64,000 nt of DNA from Savitreella phatthalungensis (Eukaryota), in contig AP039690.1 of assembly GCA_051599415.1 (NCBI GenBank), positions 310,001 through 374,000 on the forward strand. The letters are read 5' to 3'. Shown in pieces: positions 52,045-63,515 of this stretch. The notes under the pieces are model-generated. The model was not told where the DNA came from, made no database searches, and saw nothing but the letters and a program-made list of their open reading frames with translations. Both the position numbers and the translations under genes were made by a program. Numbering within the stretch: position 1 is the first letter of the stretch; the number at the start of each line of letters is the position of its first letter.

Positions 52045-53279
52045 TCAGTCTGTGGCTCGTTTTGAGTGGCGTTTCGATCTGCGCACAGCTCGTGCGTCGG
52101 AAAGATCGTCGGGCTCGGGCTCTGCTTTTACCTTGTCTGACTCTGTCATTGAACTACCTCGCTCTTTGTGACGCTTACTAGATGTTGAGCGTCGAGACTC
52201 GGACTTGACCAGCGGATCTGCCGAATGCTCAGCCTCACCTGAGCGTCGCCTTTTGCCCTTCTGCTGGGTTACAGACTGCTTTCGGGTGGTAGCAACCTGT
52301 CGTCTCGGGCGATTCTTGCTCTCAGAATGGTGATCAAATACAATATCGCCATTCTCTTCGCTGCTGCTCTGGTCAGAGACAAAGCTTGAATCATCGTCGA
52401 GATCGCTTTCATCGGTAGTCTCGGTATACTCTGTGTTTTGTTTCTTGCTGCGCTTCTGCCTGGCAGGCGTCGATTTGGTCACGTTGCTGTGCTTCGAAGA
52501 TCTCGACGTTGTGGTCTTATCACGTTGCTTCTTCGATGATCTCTCTCTGGTTGCATGTGGCATCTCATGCAGGTCCGAATCGATGACTCCTGTTTCGTGC
52601 TTCGACTGGCGCTGAGTCTGCTTTCCAGGTGACTCAAGCGGGGGCAGTGCATCGCTCATGGAATCCTCTTCTGCCTTCGTATCGCCGGGAAATACACCTG
52701 GATCCGGACGAGGTGGAATAAAGGAAATCTCTCCCCTTTCGTATTGTTCCTGATACGTGTTCATCAACGCTTCGATGCGCTCTTTTTCATCCCGCAGCCA
52801 CTCTGATCTGGCAGCATTGAGCGCTCGAGTGGCCGCTGACTTGGCTGCGGCGGCCTGCTTCCGTTCAGCAGCGGGTGGGCGCTCATCGACAGGCTTCAAC
52901 TCGTCCGGCACTTTGCCGTGCTCCAAGATACGTCGAACGACCGCTTGAGAATCGGAATCGAGCTCATCAAAACCATCAAGGGACTCTTCCCAATCATCAT
53001 GCGGACTATTCTGCCTGAACTCCTTCAGCATGTTTGCCACGACCGTGTCAGTAGCGCAAAAGAGATGCCTCCACTTGTATGAGCCACTACCAACACTTTC
53101 GATGAAAACCCAGGTGCCGAGGCGTAGCTCTCCTTTGGCAATCTGCTTAGGACCGTCTTCGGCAGCTTTGCATATTGGACCAACGCACTTTGCCCGGCCC
53201 GTCTTGGCCATCTCTGATTGATTAGCTTCATCTCATGCATAGCAAAGCTGATATGCTTACCGACTCGATATTTGCTCAT
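52045..53279 (-). CDS. PARP-type zinc-finger protein (Hpz1-like); exon 1 53279-53261, intron 53260-53214
   Basis: Splicing GTAAGC..GCTAAT..CAG restores MSKYRVEMAKTGRAKC..C..IAKGELRLG..WRHLFC..DGFDEL..Q, a zf-PARP domain, followed by a charged disordered tail. Confidence 0.88.
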
Positions 53280-53955
53280 GTTTGCGGTGGAAGAACGAGG
53301 GATCGATCGTAGAGTCAGGTAAAGAGGAACTCAACAGATCATTTACGATGAGTTAGTGGATGGCGAACGTCACAAGATCATTCGCAGGTAGCAACGGATG
53401 GCAACGATTTTGTGGAGATATATGAGGTCGACGTCATTGGCAAAAACAATTGATGCACGATTGAAGAACGATAATCGGTCAAACGCGAGATCTGGCTCTA
53501 CAAGACAAGTCCAAGGCACATCAGCAGAAATACATGAGACATACCATTCAACAGATAGCTGTCGCGATGATTAGCAGTGTAGTGTGTGCTGTAGTCACTC
53601 TAGTACTCGATTGAATGAAAAGTACAGACACCCCGATGACAGGGGCAATATCCTATCGGTCCAGCAAGCGCTTTGATGCATGTCTTACCAATGGATGTTT
53701 GCCATCGAAGTCATGTCAATTAGCCTGTAGAATGTCCGCTGCACGAGCGTGCTGATGATACCCTGTGATACATGCTGTTTGCGCGAGGCGCGACATGCTT
53801 GCGATCAGGCAAAGTGTTCGTGAAAATACGTGAGGGTGCTGCCCTGTTGACCTATGAGCTTGATCATGTTGCTGCTCAGAAGCTGAGCAATCATGCGATA
53901 TCGATGGTGCGCGAGCTGGATGTACGTTTGAACCTCACAATTTTTGGCGCTCAGA

Positions 53956-55266
53956 CTAGTCCTTGAAGCGCGTATACGCTCGTAACAGAGTCCTCGTTCC
54001 GCGACCAAAGGTAAGGTCTCCCTCGGCCTCGAGCGCTGAAGTCAGGTCACGCATAGTCAGTACACCTCGTTCGTCCTGGGGCGCAGCCTTGAACACATTG
54101 CCGCCCGCGCCGTATGGCGCCGGACGGCCACCTCTAGCCCCACCGGATCCCGGCCCGGAGCCTCCAGATTCGTCGCCGCTGTCGACACCGGATCCTAGAC
54201 TCGAGCCTCCACTCGCCAGGCCTGTCGAACCCCCGAGCCCAGCCATTCCCCCAGACATCCAACTATACTTCTTGCCGCCACTCGTACTGAGCATCATATT
54301 CGCCGTCTGATTAGCGTTTCGAGCCAGTGCAGTGTCCGTGATACCACGAGCTAGCGCCGCACGCTTGGATCCACCGGTTCTGGCTGCCTCCTCAGCCTCC
54401 CTCCTGCGAGCTTCTTCCTCCTGTCGCCGAATTTGAGCTTGCGTCCGTCGGCGGCTCTCTTCTTGAGCCTCCTTGCTGACTACACTGCGTAACGTGCGAC
54501 CCACATCGTCAATAGCAGTGCAATTCATCGGCGGTGGAGCAGTCCGATGCTTCTCGAGTACCACCATGCGACTGAGCAAATTTGCTAGGCGCTCTCGTGT
54601 CGCCATCGCGATCAAATGCTGGACATCCGCCTCAACGGATTTCAAGCCGTCTCCGAGATGCTGCAGTAAGTAATTATGAGTCGCTTGAATGTGTAAGAAC
54701 TCGGTCCTGCGCCGATCTGACAACTGTTTCGACACCTGTTGAGTCGTTCCCGCCGGACCTGCGGCTCCAGGGCTGTCCGATGACAGGTCGTTTTGGTCTG
54801 TCATAGCTGATTGATTCGCACTGAACGGAAGCTCAATCTCCTGCATGTTGCGCTCTTCTTCCAGTAGATTGATACCAGCAGAGCCAATCATGTCGTTCGG
54901 GTCACCTTCATCGAGACCGTCGTCGCGCTTATTGCGGCCCAACGTCGAAGACGTTGGTGGACCCATCTGCGTGACTGCGGCAACAGCCGAGAGTGGATTG
55001 GCTGATGGCGTGCTTGGCTCTGTTAGGGCTGCTGGCGAAGCCGCTTGCTGAGCTGACATCGCCGTATCGATGGACGGCTTATCTATGGCCAGGTGCGGCA
55101 TAGACGTCGACGACTTGACACGCTTGACGTCCTTGTTTCGACTTTGTGCCTCAGCACTACGCTTGTCTCCAGTCTGCGCATTGGATGATAACGGGGCAGA
55201 TGACCCGCTGCCTGTGTTGCCGTTCGTGAAGCTCGTGGCTTCGGACGTTCCGGTCGGCGTAGCCAT
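53956..55266 (-). CDS. TAF4: TFIID subunit Taf4
   Basis: D..GSAGINL.EEE, histone-fold region AMATRERL..LL, ARNANQTA.MM..KKYSWM, LTMRDL..ALE.E. Confidence 0.88.
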   Translation of the reverse strand: MATPTGTSEATSFTNGNTGSGSSAPLSSNAQTGDKRSAEAQSRNKDVKRVKSSTSMPHLAIDKPSIDTAMSAQQAASPAALTEPSTPSANPLSAVAAVTQMGPPTSSTLGRNKRDDGLDEGDPNDMIGSAGINLLEEERNMQEIELPFSANQSAMTDQNDLSSDSPGAAGPAGTTQQVSKQLSDRRRTEFLHIQATHNYLLQHLGDGLKSVEADVQHLIAMATRERLANLLSRMVVLEKHRTAPPPMNCTAIDDVGRTLRSVVSKEAQEESRRRTQAQIRRQEEEARRREAEEAARTGGSKRAALARGITDTALARNANQTANMMLSTSGGKKYSWMSGGMAGLGGSTGLASGGSSLGSGVDSGDESGGSGPGSGGARGGRPAPYGAGGNVFKAAPQDERGVLTMRDLTSALEAEGDLTFGRGTRTLLRAYTRFKD

Positions 55267-56535
55267 GTTTGTTAGATTGTCGGGTTTGAGAGTAAGGTAA
55301 GGGTCAGGTCGATCATTCGTTGTGTCTTCCCAGTGCGGTTGGTTGCGATTGCGGGCGTTCTAGCTTAAGCAGAAGAGGCTCGTGCTGCTTGCCAAGAAGT
55401 AGCACCGGGCCACGTCAGGGCGAGGCTTCGTCCTTTGGAGCGCTGTCACGTGCTTTAGGACTGCAAGTTCAAGGAGATGTGGACATGCTGATGCAGACAG
55501 TCTGCTAGTAGCACTAGTGCTGGTAGATGCGATGGCTCACCGACACGCGTCTGATGACTCCAGCCTTCCTTGTTGCGAAAGCTTGTCCTTTGAGGTGGAC
55601 AAGGGTGAGAATGTTCTGATCAGTTCACTGATTACAGATGATTCGTCCTCTCACTCGTCCCGGTATCGCACAGGTGAGTAGCTGCAGACAATGAGCACCG
55701 ACAAATTCGTCAGTGCCAGTGGTGAGCTTCGTTTTTCTCGGGTCACGCCCGCCCTAATTTCAGGGATTTGCGAGACTGCAATGGTGGTGGTCTCGCATTG
55801 CATGTTTGCTTATTTCAATGTCCCACTCGAGATCCGTGCATTCTGCACGATCGATTGCATGTATGACTGCAGTGTACATCCAGTACGAACGTACGTACGT
55901 ACGTTCATTGAATCCTTGAGGACTTGATAGACCCCTAACAAAAAAGCCTGATTCAATATAAGGCATTGCAATTATTATGGCAATTGTAATGACACAAGTA
56001 ATCCATCATGTTTTCTACCTGAGATATCCCTGCATGATTATGCATAGTTGAAATATTGAGTTCAGATTATTTGGCTGTGATGTGAATGCAATGTCGTAGA
56101 CATGATCTGTATCTGCTGGCCACACAAATGCTCGAAGCAAGCTCAACCGAGAGCTCGAGTTGAAAAACATTGTCAGCTCCCACCCATCAAGTTATCTTGA
56201 GATTCGAAATCCTGCAGTGTACTCAATCTAACAATCACAACCCTTCAGTGTATTCAATCTAATAAACTTTGATTGCATGACTATATACGACGCAGGAGTC
56301 GGGCAAATACTATTGCGGTTAGTGGATATATTGGATTGAGGGTGTGCACGTGAATCTCGTTGCGCCTGAAAGCTATAGCAATAAATATCGGGATGAAATA
56401 TAGTCCACAAACATCATGCATTTACTGGATGACCTAAATTTAGCGTTATTCATCGCTATCTCAGTCTACCTGGGCTACAGTTTCTCTATCGGACCTCCTC
56501 CACAGTCTCTTTCCTCTGTCTCAATCACAGTGCTG

Positions 56536-56630
56536 AAGGCCGGGAGGCAGGTCTGAAGCTCGGCAGCCTGCCCAAGCAGGCAACCAGGCAAACGGGCAAC
56601 CAGGCATGCAAGCCAGCAGGCACGCTAGCT
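56536..56630. repeat. Degenerate (GGCA/AGCA)n tetranucleotide tract
   Basis: gcaggcaaccaggcaaacgggcaaccaggcatgcaagccagcaggcacgctagc shows a 4-nt period. Confidence 0.6.
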
Positions 56631-57150
56631 ACGACATGGCACAGAGTGGAGCACCGGCAACAACACTGGACAAGCGAGTAGATATAGCATTGCGTACAAG
56701 CTGTCCATGACCACGACGTCAATCTCCGAAAAGAATCGAGCTCTCGTTCGCGCATTGCTCGCTCGCGCAGGAAAGCTCTTCAGAGAAGTGGAAAAGCGTA
56801 CCGCCGCGGCATTTACTGTTCCTGACCAATAGTGCCTGCTTAATATCCCTTTCCGACTGGCGTGACAACAACGATCAAAAGCAAACTCCGCAGGGCTCAA
56901 GCCATAAGCCGTGCAGCTGAGCCGCGGACATTCCCCAAGGCCGGAAACGAAGGTCGTCTTCTTCCGATATAGACGTGACAGAACTCACCTTTCTCTGGCT
57001 TGCGACGCCTCCGATCTACAACCTAGGCCGATCTCAAACGCATGGTCGAGAGATAGGGGAGCTCGTCCTGTTCGCCACACTCGATTCACTTGCGCGAGCA
57101 CCTAGCAGCCGATAGAGACCTGACTGCCAGATCGACATATCGCTCTCGAC

Positions 57151-60105
57151 ATGTCTCAACACTACGCCGCTGACTCTGGTGGGATCGAAGGTGGAAGAAG
57201 TGGGAGAATGAATTCGGGTACAGGATCATCGACAGCGCTATCAGGTCCTCCTGACAATCAACAGCCGCGTTACAATGGGTTCCCAGGTGGCACCGGACAA
57301 TTTGCAAACTACCCTGACTACAATTCTGCCGGACTAGAGCAATCATACGTTCCCTTCGATCTTCATCATCAACAGCAGCAGCGAGCTCAAGAGGGACAGC
57401 ACGCGCCTGGCCACCCCCCCGAACGCGACGAGACCTACAATTCTTACGGATCGAGCTCGAATTTAGCGTACACTATTCCGCTGGTGTCTCAGCAGCATCC
57501 CGGCGCACAACCGCATGGACAAATTGGTCAATCAAATACGGATGCATTTGACGAGGGTTCTTACAATAACCATGATCATGGTTCTGAGCCATACAGTTTC
57601 TGGACTCCGGGCACACATGATGTCCGCGATGCAGCTGAGAGCAGTGTCAGCATCGCAGGGAATGCTGGCCCGAGCGCGTATCCAAACTATGGTATGAGTC
57701 ACGGCATCAGCGCGGCTAGTGGACGTGGGGCGAGTGTTGGCTCTCCTGCTTCAGTCACTCCGCCGATGCGGGGTAATGCACAATTCGGCGGACAACATCT
57801 TCCGCGCAATCAACCGCAACAGCCATACATGATTCAAGCCTACGGCCAACAAGCGTACGCACAGCAAGGCACTCACCACTCAAACAACGCCCATCCGAGC
57901 GGGTACGGACTTGAATCTCACCAGCAGCAACACTCGCGTAGGTCTACGTCGGTCAGTGCTGCTGGTGATCCTGGACTGTCTCGCCGTAGCTCGAGCGAGT
58001 CCCAGGGCTACATGGGCAATAACATGCACCAGCCTATGCAACAGATGATGCAGCAGGCGCTTCAGCAAACGCTGCAGCAAAGTGGCACTAACGCAGCCTA
58101 TCCCGTTCCTCTGCCGAAGCGGCAATCTCTCGATCGTGGCCCTGCCAGCGCAGCCAGTAGAGCGCAATCGAATCTGAGCGGGTCAAAAGGTTCGGCGATT
58201 CGACTTGCAGCGCCACAGCGTCCGTCCCCCAAACAGGCGGCGCAGCAATTGTCCCCTTACAATAGTTTCAACGCGGTCCAGAAATCGCCAGTTCAAGCAC
58301 AGATCCCGATCCCGGTGCCGCAAGACCCGTCAATGTCGAGTCCTAAGCTCACACAAGAATCACATTCCGGAAGGACGAAAGTGCTTCCGATTCAGACGCA
58401 GGAGCCGCGGCTGAGCTCAGCATCCAGCATTCCGACTCCGAGTTCTGCATCTGCCCACAAGCATTCACCCAGACTAACAGCCAGGAGCAGTCTGCCAGCC
58501 AATCACGGTGCGCCGATTGGCTCAGAAAATCCTGGCAAGATCAGTAAATCCGTATCGGCAACCACTCCGACAGCGTCAAACAAGACCAGCAAGTCTGTAT
58601 CGCGGCGTGAGCAAGTGCCGTTGAAGCGCAAACGCGCTACACGCCCCAAGCACACTGGTTCTGACAGCGATGCTGACGAGGATGGAGAGGCATCGAGTGG
58701 CAGGTCATCCGAAGCAGAATATATGCCGCGAAGTCAGAAGACGAAATCAGGTCGAAAGGTGCAGAAACCGGCGCCTTTCGCAACTGTCCCGAGCGCTCCA
58801 CAGGCGGGAAAACGCCGCGAGAATCAGCATGCGGCGGCTGCTGCCAAAAAGCAGTTACAGCTAATCCAAGACTCGCTCTTCTGCAAAGTGTGTGAGCGAG
58901 GTCATTCGCCGCGTTCCAACCTCATCGTCTTTTGCGATGGCTGCAACACGACATACCACCAGTTGTGCCACAAGCCGGTCGTCGATGATATCCTTGTCAC
59001 CCTACCAGATGCAGAGTGGTTCTGCTCGATTTGCGATGAACGGCGCAGGAAAGAACCCCTCAGACTTGGTTCTCGAGCCGATGCTTTGACAGAGGAGCAA
59101 AAACGCACCTACCTTGCGTCGCTACCTGTTTCGCACTTGGTCCAGCTCGTAATGCATGCAGACGCCGAAGCCTCCTCTCTCGCTCTCTTCTCTCCCGACG
59201 TCGTTGCAAAGCTGACAGAACAGCATGTCAAGCAGGAAGAGGCACGCGAGCGCGATCGTCAGCAGCAGATCAAAGACGGAACCTTGCTGACAGGTCAGAC
59301 ACCACAAAAACCGCAGGCTCAGAGTTCCTCGAAGCCTCAGGCAAATCTGTCGAATAGATCTAGCCAGACCTCGGCAGAGGTGCTGCCGATGACGACAGAA
59401 GGCGATTCGGGACCGACCGTGTCAGCTGACGACAAATTGCTGGCGGACCTTGCTCAGGCAAAAGGCCAGGTTTTCGGCCGTTCAGGGCCTCATATGATTC
59501 CTTCGCAGATTGAATCCTCTCATGCCGTCAATGCTACAGCTGGTAGACCATTGCCCAAGGAAGATCCGAAACAGGATGGCTTTACGATGCAAGAACCACC
59601 AGGTGTGTCCTTCTCGTGCACTATTGACGGGCAACCCCAGCGGCCAGCAACACGATTCGAACTTTCCACGAGCGACGGTCACTCAGGAGGAAAGGCGAGT
59701 CCTGCTCGTGAGTCAGACAACAGAGGTACCGAGAGTCCAGCAGCGCACGTCGAAATCTCAGGTGCTGTTGAGGATTCAACCGAGCTGGGCAATGATGCTT
59801 CACACGTCGCACAAGCCACAACCGAGAATCCGGCCGACGCCTCGTCAGGGCGTGAAGAACTCGCAGTAGAACAGCCTGATAACAACGAGGTCTTCGACAT
59901 TCCAATGATTGATGCGGACGAAGATCAATCTGATGAACAGGTCGCTCGAAAGCAGGAATCTACTTCAGAGACTATGTCGAATGCGCAAAACGAGCTCGAA
60001 GCTCGGAATACACCGACAGAAAAGTCAAAGATCGAGCACGCAGAAAGCACAGGGACAAGTGCTGTGGCAGCGGCCACTGCCCCAGACCTTTCTGGAGCGA
60101 TGTGA
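57151..60105 (+). CDS. PHD-finger protein (Phf1/Phf2-like chromatin factor)
   Basis: C4HC3 finger CKVC..SP.SNLIVFCDGC..YHQLCH..WFCSIC, TKSGRKVQKP, KRTYLASLP..LV.LV; remainder low-complexity. Confidence 0.87.
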   Translation: MSQHYAADSGGIEGGRSGRMNSGTGSSTALSGPPDNQQPRYNGFPGGTGQFANYPDYNSAGLEQSYVPFDLHHQQQQRAQEGQHAPGHPPERDETYNSYGSSSNLAYTIPLVSQQHPGAQPHGQIGQSNTDAFDEGSYNNHDHGSEPYSFWTPGTHDVRDAAESSVSIAGNAGPSAYPNYGMSHGISAASGRGASVGSPASVTPPMRGNAQFGGQHLPRNQPQQPYMIQAYGQQAYAQQGTHHSNNAHPSGYGLESHQQQHSRRSTSVSAAGDPGLSRRSSSESQGYMGNNMHQPMQQMMQQALQQTLQQSGTNAAYPVPLPKRQSLDRGPASAASRAQSNLSGSKGSAIRLAAPQRPSPKQAAQQLSPYNSFNAVQKSPVQAQIPIPVPQDPSMSSPKLTQESHSGRTKVLPIQTQEPRLSSASSIPTPSSASAHKHSPRLTARSSLPANHGAPIGSENPGKISKSVSATTPTASNKTSKSVSRREQVPLKRKRATRPKHTGSDSDADEDGEASSGRSSEAEYMPRSQKTKSGRKVQKPAPFATVPSAPQAGKRRENQHAAAAAKKQLQLIQDSLFCKVCERGHSPRSNLIVFCDGCNTTYHQLCHKPVVDDILVTLPDAEWFCSICDERRRKEPLRLGSRADALTEEQKRTYLASLPVSHLVQLVMHADAEASSLALFSPDVVAKLTEQHVKQEEARERDRQQQIKDGTLLTGQTPQKPQAQSSSKPQANLSNRSSQTSAEVLPMTTEGDSGPTVSADDKLLADLAQAKGQVFGRSGPHMIPSQIESSHAVNATAGRPLPKEDPKQDGFTMQEPPGVSFSCTIDGQPQRPATRFELSTSDGHSGGKASPARESDNRGTESPAAHVEISGAVEDSTELGNDASHVAQATTENPADASSGREELAVEQPDNNEVFDIPMIDADEDQSDEQVARKQESTSETMSNAQNELEARNTPTEKSKIEHAESTGTSAVAAATAPDLSGAM

Positions 60106-61265
60106 ACCTCAACGACCGCAGGCTCGGGTCGCTCGAGGAGGAAGGCAAAAAGTAGCTGTGTGTCAAGTGGTCTCGAATGCGATTGGCTCAACTCAACTGT
60201 GCAAATTCGGAGTTGGTCTTCGAAAGTGGACAAAAGGTATAAACAGTAGTGGTGCGAGCTGTGCATCAACATAAACCCAAAATCGATTTTTGCCACACGG
60301 AGTATAAGGCCACACTCGAGCTAGATGAGCCGCTGTGCTGTAAGGCGGAATAAAACTGTGGCCACACATGATATTGCGATGTCATACAAGACCGTTGAAT
60401 GACTGATGATCTCAGACCTGGTCGGGTATCGTAGCCCTCTGATCAGGTTTGTTCCGCCTTTAGATGAGCTCCGCTGGAGCTTTACATGCGAAGGAGCCTG
60501 TTTGGTTGCCACAGTATATACTGTAATTCAGATTGCCAAGGCATGCAGACGGATGTGATGAAATGTGCACGTGTGTGTAAGTGCTTAAGTGTGAATTCGT
60601 GCTTCACAAACTCAAACTTGTGGGTCTGGGATGCATACAATAAAGTGACAACCTTTGATAAACCGAGTTGGAAAACCTGTGACCTCAAATCCGTTGTCCT
60701 CCACTATTTTGCAGACAGAAAGCTTCGAACTCGCGACCGGTTGATATGCACATTTGATACCTCGATTAATTATGATCCATTTTGATCGCATGGAAGCCTT
60801 CCGGAAATTCATCAATATAATTCAACAATAAGAGCGCCTTTTGTTGAATAACGACAAGACTCTATCAAGCTTTCATCTTTCACAAGAAACGAGTAAGAAC
60901 AAGGTATAGTATAAATTATGATTTAATCTTCAACCAGAATTCAAGATAACTCAAATTTGGTCTTTTTTGAGGTTGACCACAATATTCAGACATCAATTTG
61001 CAATGTGGAATGCCACTCAGCGCAGTCGCCAATTTTACCACTGGCCAAATCACTTTCCACGGCAAGGGGTTCTCCGTAGCACTGGGCCAAAAACAACCCT
61101 GCCAGTCAACGCTCCTTAAAGTGCTTGCGCTCCTGCAGGGTAGATTACACACTCGCTCGCTCGATCGATCACACATCCCATTGTTCTGTTTCATCTTGAC
61201 TTGCTCATCAACGTCAGGCGGGAGCTCGCAGGCAGGTGTCCGCAGTCGCTGTAGAGTCTGCCGTT

Positions 61266-63347
61266 ATGGTCGTCTGTCCACAATGTCAGAGCTCCACGAT
61301 CGAAACAGATCATGCGGCTGGCAACTCCTACTGTGCCACTTGTGGTACCGTGCTAGAAGAGGACAACATCGTCAATGAGATCACATTCGGTGAGACTTCT
61401 TCAGGTGCAGCAATCGTTCAGGGATCTTTCCTTTCTGAAGGTGCCACCGGCGCAAGGATTTCAGGACCTTTCCGCAATCAATCTTCAGAGAACTCGCGTG
61501 AACAGACACTGCGCAAAGGTCGTCAACGCATCAATGCGCTCGCCCACGCCATGAAGCTTCCAGAGCGATTCGCCGAAGCAGGCGCTCGCTACTTTTCCCT
61601 TGCAGTCTCCAATGGCTTCATACAAGGTCGTCGTTCTCAGTACGTCGTGGCATCGTGCCTCTATGTGGTTTGTCGAATGGAAAGAACCGCTCACATGCTC
61701 ATCGACTTTTCAGATATACTCCAAATTAACGTATTCGTCCTCGGGTCAACATTTCTTCAGTTCACAAAGGCACTGCACATCCGCAACTTGCCGTGGACGG
61801 ATCCGTCCCTTTATATACAGCGGTTCGCCATGCTGCTAGAATTCGGTGCAGACACTAACAAAGTTGCGGCTGATGCCACGAGACTTGTAGGACGAATGAA
61901 GGATGACTGGCTCGATGTTGGACGTCGACCGGCGGGATTGTGCGGAGCATGCCTCTTCATCGCCGCCCGCATGAACAATTACCGTCGCAGCGTTGAGGAA
62001 ATCGTCCACGTCGTCAAAGTCGCTGAGATCACGGTTCAGACACGTCTGAGCGAATTTGCGGCTACACCTGCCGGCAACATGTCTGTCGACGAGTTTCGTG
62101 GCGTTCGTCTAGATTCTTTGACACAGCGTCAAGATCCACCGTCCTTCAATCGTGCTCGACGCGACAAACGACTACGACGCAGGCCCTCTATGTCTGCGGA
62201 TCAGCCGCCTCGCTTGGGAGAAAATGGCGCATCAGAGTCATCTATTGATGACAGTCGGTCAAATGCCGCCATTCCGCCCCGTCTTGAAGAGTCACCGGAA
62301 GACGCGGCTGTGCGGACTCTAGCTGGTATGCGGGACGCCATAGATCCGGCGCTATGTGACGAGGCGGAAGTAGCTACAGAGGATGATGCCGATCAAGCAG
62401 ACGATCCACATGTCGAGGGGGAGATCCATCGAGCCGTCGAGGCTCTGCTTGCCTCAGAGCGCCTGCAAGCTGCCGAGACAGATTTTCTCAGCAACACCTC
62501 GCACACGCCAGCAGTACAGCTTCGCGCTCAACGTTCTGGAGTTTCGAGCCAAGATCTTCCGCGAGTACCTGCCAAAGGTATCATGAAGCCGAAGACTGTC
62601 AGTCGGCAGGCGCGCAGACCGACTCACCCGCCCTCGACACCTTCGCCACTTTCGCTGCGGCCGCGCACAGTGCATCGCAGTGCCGCAGGCGAAGACAACG
62701 ACCAGAATGAAGACGGCGAAGACGATGACAACAGCGAAGCAGAAGAGATCGATCCCGAGGATCGCATCAATCCTGACCGGCGTGGCGAGGATCAGGTGAC
62801 AGCCAAGCAGAGCAAGCGCGTACGCTTATCGGACGATGTCACGACGCATGAGCGCGATGCCGAAGCGCAATCGGATTCCGATAACGATTCTGTCAGGTTG
62901 TCCGACGTTGACGACTGGGAGATCGAAGCGGCTATCTTGTCTCCCGAACAGGTCGCCATCAAAACGCAGGTCTGGACTGAGCTGAATCGCGACTATCTGC
63001 TCGATCAACGGCGCAAGATCCTCAAACTCGAACGCGACAGATTAATGGGCGTGCATTCTTCGGGTTCAGGGAATTCATCGAAGAGAGTACGGCGCAAGAA
63101 TGCATCGCACAGCGCACACGCACGTCGAGCTGTCGCTGGGGCTTCCGGCGGCAGCAGCGGCAGTGGCGCAGATGGTGGAGCACTCGGGACAGTCAAGTCA
63201 TCGCCAGGTGGTGGTGATATCGAAGGGCTTGATTCCGCTCCGGCCTCGCCGTATGAACGCGCCCTCGACTTTGCGAGTTCGAGATCAAGCGCAACCTTCA
63301 CCAAGAAGATCAACGCAGATGCACTGCGCGATCTTCTGGGCGGTTGA
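61266..63347 (+). CDS. BRF1: TFIIIB subunit Brf1
   Basis: Zn ribbon CPQC..CATCG, FIQGRRSQYV.A.CLY, DPSLYI.RFA, GRRPAGLCGACL, C-terminal DDWEIE..ILS..K..W...N.DYL and KKIN. Confidence 0.96.
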   Translation: MVVCPQCQSSTIETDHAAGNSYCATCGTVLEEDNIVNEITFGETSSGAAIVQGSFLSEGATGARISGPFRNQSSENSREQTLRKGRQRINALAHAMKLPERFAEAGARYFSLAVSNGFIQGRRSQYVVASCLYVVCRMERTAHMLIDFSDILQINVFVLGSTFLQFTKALHIRNLPWTDPSLYIQRFAMLLEFGADTNKVAADATRLVGRMKDDWLDVGRRPAGLCGACLFIAARMNNYRRSVEEIVHVVKVAEITVQTRLSEFAATPAGNMSVDEFRGVRLDSLTQRQDPPSFNRARRDKRLRRRPSMSADQPPRLGENGASESSIDDSRSNAAIPPRLEESPEDAAVRTLAGMRDAIDPALCDEAEVATEDDADQADDPHVEGEIHRAVEALLASERLQAAETDFLSNTSHTPAVQLRAQRSGVSSQDLPRVPAKGIMKPKTVSRQARRPTHPPSTPSPLSLRPRTVHRSAAGEDNDQNEDGEDDDNSEAEEIDPEDRINPDRRGEDQVTAKQSKRVRLSDDVTTHERDAEAQSDSDNDSVRLSDVDDWEIEAAILSPEQVAIKTQVWTELNRDYLLDQRRKILKLERDRLMGVHSSGSGNSSKRVRRKNASHSAHARRAVAGASGGSSGSGADGGALGTVKSSPGGGDIEGLDSAPASPYERALDFASSRSSATFTKKINADALRDLLGG

Positions 63348-63515
63348 CATATTTGAAACAGAGACAATTATTACTGTTGACGACATGACCTTCAATTCAC
63401 CATATACTAAGAATACGGACTATTGATGATGATGCTTGCAAAGGCGTATTCAGCCCTTTTTACGGCTGCAGACGGGTCGGTCTTGCACACGTGAGTCCGT
63501 ATGTCGTTGATTTGC

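Noticed and set aside
55887..55906. Perfect 20-bp palindrome GAACGTACGTACGTACGTTC
   Set aside because: Mostly a self-complementary (ACGT)n microsatellite; no supporting context.
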